DNA from: Patescibacteria group bacterium
Lineage (GTDB): Bacteria; Patescibacteriota; Minisyncoccia; Phycocordibacterales; BOKC01
DNA: 64,000 nt
NCBI GenBank assembly: GCA_038062955.1
Contig: JBBTWE010000001.1
Span: forward strand, 453,640-517,639
Reading direction: 5' to 3'
Positions 58,014-64,000 of this stretch are shown here, one piece after another (within the stretch, counting starts at the first letter, position 1; the number at the start of each line of letters is the position of its first letter). A program made the position numbers and the translations under genes. Below the pieces are notes generated by a model that saw only the letters and a list, made by a program, of their open reading frames with translations, was not told where the DNA came from and made no database searches.

Positions 58014-59516
58014 CTACTCGCGAGGGCGCATAAGGGGGAAAATTTGAGATTCTCTGATGCTCTTCCCGGCCAAAAAACTAAACAACCTCTCTGAAACTCC
58101 AAATCCAAAAGTTGGTGGCATTCCGTATTCCATCGCTTCAACATATTCAAAGTCTGCCATTTGTGCTTCTTCATCTCCCGCATCACGAAGAGCTTGTTGT
58201 TTTTCGAATCTTTCACGCTGATCAATCGGATCATTTAACTCATTGAAAGCTTTGCCGAGTTCGCTTCCAGCAAGAAGAATCTGGAAACGTTCCACTACCC
58301 TGTTGTCGGTCGGAGTCTTCTTGGCTAAAGGTTCAAGGTAGATCGGCATGCCGGTAAGAATTGCCGGACCCGCAATAGTTTTGCGAATTTTTTTCCAAAG
58401 TAAATCAACTCCTCTTCCTAAATCTATTTTGGTTTCATGTTTGATTCCAGCTTTCTTAAGGAGACCTTCTACTGTTTTAATGTCGGTGTCCCTCGGATCA
58501 ATTCCATACTCTTTCTTCATGAGTTCGTTGAAATCAAATTTCTCCCATTCCTTTCCTAAATCAATATCAAAACCATTGATTGTAAATTTCAAAGTGCCAA
58601 AAGTTTTTTGCGCAACAGTGCGATACAAATCAATGAGCATCGGCACTCCCTTGGTTGAGTCGGCAAAGGCTTCGTAGAACTCAAAAGAGGTATAGTCATT
58701 TGCGTGCTCGTAGGACATTCCTTCATTTCTAAAAATCCTGCCAATCTCAAATGTTTTTGGGAGTCCTCCAACCATTAATTTCTTCTGCCACAATTCCCCG
58801 ACTGAAATTCGAAGAAATACATCTATATCGAGCGCGTTGTGATGAGTGGTAAACGGACGAGCTTCGGCGCCACCGGTCATCGTTTCAAGTACTGGTGTTT
58901 CGACTTCAATAAATCCCCGCTCGAGCATAAATGTTCGAATCGCATTCCAAAAAATTGATCTCTTAACAATTCTCTCCGAAACTTCCGGATTTAAAATCAT
59001 GTCGAGGTAACGCCTGCGGTATCTTTCATCTTCATCTTTAAGACCAAACCATTCGTCTGGAATCGGTCGCAAACTTTTCGCAAGCATTCTCCAAGAACTT
59101 CCCAAGAGAGATTTCATGCCTCGCTTGGTAACAAAAGTTTTTCCGGTAACATCAATAAAATCTCCTGAATCAACAGCGTTCATAAAAAGTTCAAATTTAT
59201 CCGTTGGTCCGCCGGAGCTTGTTTCTTTTTTAGAAGCAGAGGAGACACCAATATCATCTTTCTTTAAAATCGTCTGAACTCGAACTGTTCCATCAAATAA
59301 ATCGGCAAAAACAATTCCGCCTTGGTTTCGAATAGACATTATTCTTCCAGCAAGAGTAACTTCTTTCCCAGACGAGCTAATTTCTTCAAAAGTCTCAAGG
59401 AATTTTTTATTTTCTAGTGTACGAAAAGAGTCCTTTGGATATGGATCCATTCCGGCCGCTTTCAATATTTCAATCTTTTTTAATCGCTCCTCGCGAAAAT
59501 TTTCTATATTCGACAT
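58014..59516 (-). CDS. lysS: Lysine--tRNA ligase, class II
   Basis: Class II motifs including the C-terminal GMPPTFGFGVSERLFSFLAG...IFP (motif 3). Start placed at MSNIENFREERLKKIE. The ORF opens at 59555. Confidence 0.9.
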   Translation of the reverse strand: MSNIENFREERLKKIEILKAAGMDPYPKDSFRTLENKKFLETFEEISSSGKEVTLAGRIMSIRNQGGIVFADLFDGTVRVQTILKKDDIGVSSASKKETSSGGPTDKFELFMNAVDSGDFIDVTGKTFVTKRGMKSLLGSSWRMLAKSLRPIPDEWFGLKDEDERYRRRYLDMILNPEVSERIVKRSIFWNAIRTFMLERGFIEVETPVLETMTGGAEARPFTTHHNALDIDVFLRISVGELWQKKLMVGGLPKTFEIGRIFRNEGMSYEHANDYTSFEFYEAFADSTKGVPMLIDLYRTVAQKTFGTLKFTINGFDIDLGKEWEKFDFNELMKKEYGIDPRDTDIKTVEGLLKKAGIKHETKIDLGRGVDLLWKKIRKTIAGPAILTGMPIYLEPLAKKTPTDNRVVERFQILLAGSELGKAFNELNDPIDQRERFEKQQALRDAGDEEAQMADFEYVEAMEYGMPPTFGFGVSERLFSFLAGKSIRESQIFPLMRPRE

Positions 59517-59644
59517 ATATTTAGGTACTAGGAATAGTATATCAAATCCTTCCAAAATTGGCTTTTAATTGACAACAATCGAGACTCATACTATATTCTC
59601 ACAGTACTGTTCTTTCCAAAATCAAAACCCAACAAGGAGGGGTT

Positions 59645-60208
59645 ATGAACAACAAGATCACTCTACTTCGTCACGGCAGTGTGGAGAAGACTTTCGGCGA
59701 TCATCGAAAGCATCTGCTGTCCGACGAAGGTCGTCGCCAAGCCAGTGCATGCCGGGAAAAGCTCGGCAACCCACGCTTCGATTGTGTTCTTCATTCACCA
59801 CTTGAACGCACCCGAGAAACTGCTCGGATCGTTGCAGGTCTCGAGGAAGATGAAGCAACGACTGTAATTCGTCCATTGTTCTATGATGCCACACACCCCG
59901 GCGTCGGAGTCCTGGATATGGCGTTCCGAAGACTGCACCACGATTCGCTTTCGGAGTACTACAAACTTCCCAACGTCCGCAAGCACATGGAGGCTCTGGC
60001 GTTGGATGCTTTCGCTCTCCTCGACGTGGAAATCAAATGCAGAAATGCAAAAGAAATCCTTGTAGTCGGGCATTGCGTGCTTCTTCTCGCTCTGTGCGCA
60101 GTCATCGCAGACAACGATGAACCCTTCATGAGCCGAGTCCTCGGCGAGTGCGAGGGTTATCGAATTCAGATGGAAAAAGGTCGGGCAAGTTCGATCGAAC
60201 CCATCTGA
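59645..60208 (+). CDS. Histidine phosphatase superfamily protein (PGAM/SixA-like), GC-rich
   Basis: LLRHGS (RHG catalytic motif). RBS aaggagg before ATG. About 55% GC. Terminator follows. Confidence 0.7.
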   Translation: MNNKITLLRHGSVEKTFGDHRKHLLSDEGRRQASACREKLGNPRFDCVLHSPLERTRETARIVAGLEEDEATTVIRPLFYDATHPGVGVLDMAFRRLHHDSLSEYYKLPNVRKHMEALALDAFALLDVEIKCRNAKEILVVGHCVLLLALCAVIADNDEPFMSRVLGECEGYRIQMEKGRASSIEPI

Positions 60209-60216
60209 CTACACCT

Positions 60217-60258
60217 CGAACCCCAGTTCCACATTGTGGACCTTGGGGTTCTTTTTTA
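60217..60258 (+). terminator. Intrinsic terminator (aaccccag...ttggggtt plus T7)
   Basis: Follows the histidine phosphatase gene. Confidence 0.7.
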
Positions 60259-60260
60259 TA

Positions 60261-61145
60261 TTAATAACCGAGTTTTTCGGAGACGAGTATGATGTGGAAC
60301 TTGCGGCCCATTTGAGCAAACTCGCGGTTTATAATTAGAAGTTTGGAAATAAAACTACCTCCCCATCCGAGACCTTTTGCACGAGCATCTTCAAGGGGAA
60401 ACACGTAATCTTCTAGACGTGTGATTGCTTTTTCAAGATTCGATGCAATCTTTTGTGTTCCGACAACTAAAATAAGATTTGGTGAGGTAAAAACAAGATG
60501 CGGTAATTGACTACCAGAATTTGAAGCGATAACAATCTCCCCTGTCTGCGCTACCGCATGAGCACTTCCTAGATAAAAATCAGAAAGAACAGACTCTTTG
60601 CGAAGTTTGGCTTGTTTAACGGGATCTTTTTCTTTAAGAACCGCTTCATGGAGATTATTCCAACCATGCTTGCCTGCTTTAAGAAAATCAACAAATCCAA
60701 TCTCTTCGAGTGTTCGGGATGAGCCATTCATAACTGATGCTCCTTTTGGAATTAGCTCCTTAATTCTCGCAAGTGCTTCTGCTTTGGTTGCAACTGTTTC
60801 TGCTAATAATCCTTTCTTCTTAAGAGCTTCGATCGTCTTTGTAATTACTTTTTGATCCGCTAACTTTTCATATTTTTTTGTTTTGGGCATAGTTTTTTTG
60901 TTATTTTTTATAAAGCTAAGTTTTTCTTCTCTTTTTAAAGATTTAATTTCAGCTTCCCTTTTTCGAGCTTCGTTATATGTAGAAAATTTTTCTTGGTATC
61001 TAAGAATAACAGGTCTGCGAATTTTTGTGTAATGTGCCCCTGATTTTAAATTATTATGTGCATGCAATCTTTTTGTAAGATCATTGGTTGATCCAACATA
61101 CAAGGTCTTATCTGCACATTCAAGAATATAGACAAGATAGGACAT
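60261..61145 (-). CDS. GIY-YIG nuclease domain fused in-frame to a LUD (LutC/YkgG-like, DUF162) domain
   Basis: N-terminal YLVYILECADKTLYVGSTNDLTKRLHAH (GIY-YIG). C-terminal 200 aa (...IPKGASVMNGSSRTLEEIG...VVGTQKI...) resemble LUD-domain proteins. No stop between the two parts. Confidence 0.55.
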   Translation of the reverse strand: MSYLVYILECADKTLYVGSTNDLTKRLHAHNNLKSGAHYTKIRRPVILRYQEKFSTYNEARKREAEIKSLKREEKLSFIKNNKKTMPKTKKYEKLADQKVITKTIEALKKKGLLAETVATKAEALARIKELIPKGASVMNGSSRTLEEIGFVDFLKAGKHGWNNLHEAVLKEKDPVKQAKLRKESVLSDFYLGSAHAVAQTGEIVIASNSGSQLPHLVFTSPNLILVVGTQKIASNLEKAITRLEDYVFPLEDARAKGLGWGGSFISKLLIINREFAQMGRKFHIILVSEKLGY

Positions 61146-61161
61146 AATAAAATTAGGACTA

Positions 61162-61602
61162 CTATTTCAAATCAAATTGATAGTAATTTTTCTTTTCACC
61201 TTCCAAACTGATTTTTCCTAAAGAAATGCCACCAAGTTTTTTAAGTAAATTAATTGAAGCAAAATTATTTTCCTCTGCATCTGCAAAAACCTTCTTTATA
61301 CCATTATTTTTAGCATGCTCGAGAAAATATCGGCAAAGTTTTTCCCCGGTTCCCTTTCTTCGATAGTCTTTATCAACAGTCACTTGTGTAAGAAACCAAT
61401 TATTATCCCCTAAAAATTCTTTTCTCCAATAAAGTAATCCGACTAATTCTTTATCTGCCAGAGCAACAATAAGATCTCCACTCTTAACAAAAGGGGGTAG
61501 TTTTTCTTCTACTATTAATCCCTCTTCTTCTGACCCAAGACTATTAATTACTACTAATCGCGGAAGATCTTTTAAAAAAGCTGTACGAATTGTTATGTTC
61601 AT
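61162..61602 (-). CDS. GNAT family N-acetyltransferase
   Basis: QVTVDKDYRRKGTGEKLCRYFLEHAK matches the acetyl-CoA binding motif A (Q/RxxGxG/A). Confidence 0.7.
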   Translation of the reverse strand: MNITIRTAFLKDLPRLVVINSLGSEEEGLIVEEKLPPFVKSGDLIVALADKELVGLLYWRKEFLGDNNWFLTQVTVDKDYRRKGTGEKLCRYFLEHAKNNGIKKVFADAEENNFASINLLKKLGGISLGKISLEGEKKNYYQFDLK

Positions 61603-61604
61603 AA

Positions 61605-62042
61605 TTATTTTTCCATTGTCTTCTTTATTAGAGTAACAAATTCATCAAAACGGTCTTTGGCATTCAGAAGTTTGCGAGCTTCTTCGAAGTTTAACCAAAG
61701 TCCGCCCCTTCCTTCTTTTACATTAAATTTCACTTGTTCTGTTGGATACAAATACATATAACGGATAATTTTTTGCCCGTCCCAATCAGTTTCTGAAGTG
61801 CATAAATATTTTAAATCTTCTTCTTTAATATCTATGTCCAATTCTTCTTTAGTCTCTCGGATAACTGCTTGAATTGGAGTTTCTCCATTCTCAATCGAAC
61901 CGCCAAAATATCCCCAATCTGGTTTTTTATATCCTCGCCTATCTTGAATTAAAATCTGAAGTTTTGAATTTATAGGAATAATAAGTGCCTTACGAACATC
62001 GGCCAATTCAACTTTTTCTTTTTTTGTAGAGACTTTTTTCAT
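61605..62042 (-). CDS. NUDIX hydrolase (third in window)
   Basis: Nudix box GGSIENGETPIQAVIRETKEELDID. Confidence 0.75.
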   Translation of the reverse strand: MKKVSTKKEKVELADVRKALIIPINSKLQILIQDRRGYKKPDWGYFGGSIENGETPIQAVIRETKEELDIDIKEEDLKYLCTSETDWDGQKIIRYMYLYPTEQVKFNVKEGRGGLWLNFEEARKLLNAKDRFDEFVTLIKKTMEK

Positions 62043-62076
62043 GATTTTACTTGATTCTAAATTAAACTGCTCTATC

Positions 62077-62844
62077 TTATTGTAATTCAGCTTTTGAAGT
62101 ATCAGGAAAATCTAAAAAGATCAGATCGAGTTCGTCAGGACAAACTTTTTTCAAAAGATTAAATAAATACTTTCTTCCCTCTGTTTTTGATGAATAACGA
62201 CCCGCATACGAACTATTTAATTTAACCCATTCTGAGCCTGCATGTTTGGTCAGTGCAGATTCCATTCGAGGAGCATCCTTGTTTAAAATTTTATTCTTCT
62301 CATCACTAAATATCGATTTATGAATATTCCACGAAGACGTATTCTCAAGAACAGGAATAAATTTCTCAACAAACTGTCTTGCGCATACATAATGAGCATT
62401 ACGAATATAACCGTGAGGCTCACTGCGATATGATCCAACAAGAACGTCCTGTAACAATGTTGGCCAAAGATCACAACTTTCATCATACACAAAAGCATCG
62501 TCCTCTAGCCACAAAAAGAAATCGGCATCTGAATTTATGGCGTGTTTAAAACCGATTTGCCATGAGGGTAGCGCCGGGTCAGGAAGATTCTGAATTTGAT
62601 GCCTTGTAATAATTGAGTCTCCGTACTTTCCCTCTGCTGTCCAATTCTGAACAAGTTGCTCTCTTTCAGTAGGATAAAGTGAAGTGGCCATTCTAGATTT
62701 TAAATTGATTGGAAAATTATGTTGAACCAAATGAACTTCGATTTTCTTACCAATCTTTTTCTCCATCATGGGTAAAGAATATTTTATAAACAAATAAGGA
62801 AGTGTGACTCTCCGACACTGTAGAATTGTTACTAGAATTTTCAT
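62077..62844 (-). CDS. Hypothetical protein (255 aa) with an acidic DxD-like motif
   Basis: LWLEDDAFVYDE. No confident family. Start may be the internal MMEKKIGKK. Confidence 0.35.
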   Translation of the reverse strand: MKILVTILQCRRVTLPYLFIKYSLPMMEKKIGKKIEVHLVQHNFPINLKSRMATSLYPTEREQLVQNWTAEGKYGDSIITRHQIQNLPDPALPSWQIGFKHAINSDADFFLWLEDDAFVYDESCDLWPTLLQDVLVGSYRSEPHGYIRNAHYVCARQFVEKFIPVLENTSSWNIHKSIFSDEKNKILNKDAPRMESALTKHAGSEWVKLNSSYAGRYSSKTEGRKYLFNLLKKVCPDELDLIFLDFPDTSKAELQ

Positions 62845-62998
62845 AAACCGGTTTCTGTAAGATTGAAGTGGTTTAACATTGGAAAATATTACTGACTCTT
62901 TTTTCGGCTCCTAGTTCTTTGATTCTTTTCGTAAGATAATCATGGTCAATTTGATAAATCTTCATGAAATTTCGGATGTCCTCAATATCTTTCTTTGC

Positions 62999-63538
62999 CT
63001 AATTTTTCTGACCCGTCTTGATCGCGGGTTTTTTTAACAGAGCATTCATTAAGTCAGCTAAGATTTTTAATTGGCCTCGAGCGTCTGCCAGGTCTAACCC
63101 ATCATATTCAAGTTCACTAAAACGACCATGTGCAACTGCGTTTCTTAAATCCTGCACTTTTCGCATTAAACTAATGAATTTATCCTTCTTAGGATTTTCA
63201 ACATAGAGCTCAGATATAACTGAAATTTTATCTCCAAAATGAAGTTTATCTGTAAGTATTTGTACCGCCCGTCTTCTTGCTCCTAATTGTACCTCCGGTT
63301 CGACGATCAAATCTTGTGCCTCTCGTTCAACAAAATATGAAAACCAAAATACAAATTCAACAGCATTAATACTCTTTTTATCCATTGAGTATTTTAGTTG
63401 AACCAATTTTCTTGCGATATCCAACTCGTTGGCGGTTTTATCAAAATCAATCCCAGTGTCCTCAAGAAACTTAATGAATTCGGAAGGATTTTCCTTTATC
63501 ATTCGCATCATTTTTTCCTCAAGAGATTCCATTTGCAT
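62999..63538 (-). CDS. HEPN-like protein candidate (Rx4HG motif)
   Basis: VQDLRNAVAHGRF contains the R-x4-H-G HEPN RNase motif in an all-helical context. Confidence 0.35.
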   Translation of the reverse strand: MQMESLEEKMMRMIKENPSEFIKFLEDTGIDFDKTANELDIARKLVQLKYSMDKKSINAVEFVFWFSYFVEREAQDLIVEPEVQLGARRRAVQILTDKLHFGDKISVISELYVENPKKDKFISLMRKVQDLRNAVAHGRFSELEYDGLDLADARGQLKILADLMNALLKKPAIKTGQKN

Positions 63539-63945
63539 TATTTTATTCCAATCTCAGTCCTCATTAAAATTTCGACATCGGTGATTCTAAAGTCGGGATT
63601 ATCACTCGAAATAAATTCAGATAATTTTTCTTGCAAATCTGAATTCCCCGCAAGAAGAAAAGCTTCCGTCGCAATTCCTTTCATTGCTTTTCTATTTCTA
63701 CGCCATTCACTAACTTTTGCATTATAGGCATCAACCTCTACTGTAGTCATCCCGGCACGAGCATTGGGCGGATATCTTTCTTCAGATTTTGCCACAGAGA
63801 GCAACTTTGCATAAGTAGACAACCTTGTTTCCATCAAAGTCTGGCTTCTGGATTGTTTCCTTGTTAGATATGCTTGTAACCAAGTTGCACCCAATGTGCT
63901 TACAATTCCAAGTATCCAACCTATTATCAGAATTTTTATTTCCAT
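63538..63945 (-). CDS. Small membrane-anchored hypothetical protein, start-stop overlap (ATGA) with the HEPN-like gene
   Basis: N-terminal TM helix. Translationally coupled to the downstream gene. Confidence 0.35.
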   Translation of the reverse strand: MEIKILIIGWILGIVSTLGATWLQAYLTRKQSRSQTLMETRLSTYAKLLSVAKSEERYPPNARAGMTTVEVDAYNAKVSEWRRNRKAMKGIATEAFLLAGNSDLQEKLSEFISSDNPDFRITDVEILMRTEIGIK

Positions 63946-64000
63946 ATTATTTATAAATTAAGGCGTGATAGTGAGTCGTCCTCTCGCTCCCGCAATTTGC

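Overview
The window reads as a low-GC (about 30-35%), gene-dense bacterial chromosome segment, most consistent with a reduced-genome Patescibacteria/CPR-type organism. Genes are short and compact, with strong Shine-Dalgarno sites and many clean intrinsic terminators. Recognisable housekeeping genes are: rpiB (partial), gap, a class II-type ribonucleotide reductase, tRNA-Ser(GGA), pgsA-like, htpX, lemA, groES-groEL, secG, a family-5 substrate-binding protein, RNase J, lysS, ddl, lexA, a MacAB-like efflux operon, an ABC exporter, three NUDIX hydrolases and two GIY-YIG genes.
Features worth a second look:
(1) A mosaic dispersed intergenic repeat family of 100-190 bp with at least 10 copies, two of which flank groES in inverted orientation.
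(2) Several sharply GC-rich (about 50%) islands that look horizontally acquired. The largest (39.98-44.3 kb) encodes a small Cys-containing DUF397-like protein, a radical-SAM/SPASM enzyme with an N-terminal RRE-like domain, an MTAP-like phosphorylase and an ABC-F ATPase.
(3) An aspartyl-peptide-themed cluster (30.1-39.8 kb): cyanophycinase-family S51 peptidase, PurD-like and CphA-G-domain-like ATP-grasp ligases, an AstE/AspA-family deacylase, an HExxH protein, an orphan sensor kinase, and a GC-rich small acidic protein ending in DDD.
(4) A GC-rich, roughly 410-nt structured ncRNA candidate next to tRNA-Ser, possibly RNase P RNA.
(5) A large secreted M23-peptidase/triple beta-helix gene interrupted by a frameshift.
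(6) A bacterial SET-domain protein, a pair of PD40 beta-propeller paralogs, and HicAB-like and HEPN-like genes.
No rRNA, CRISPR array, transposase or integrase was seen.
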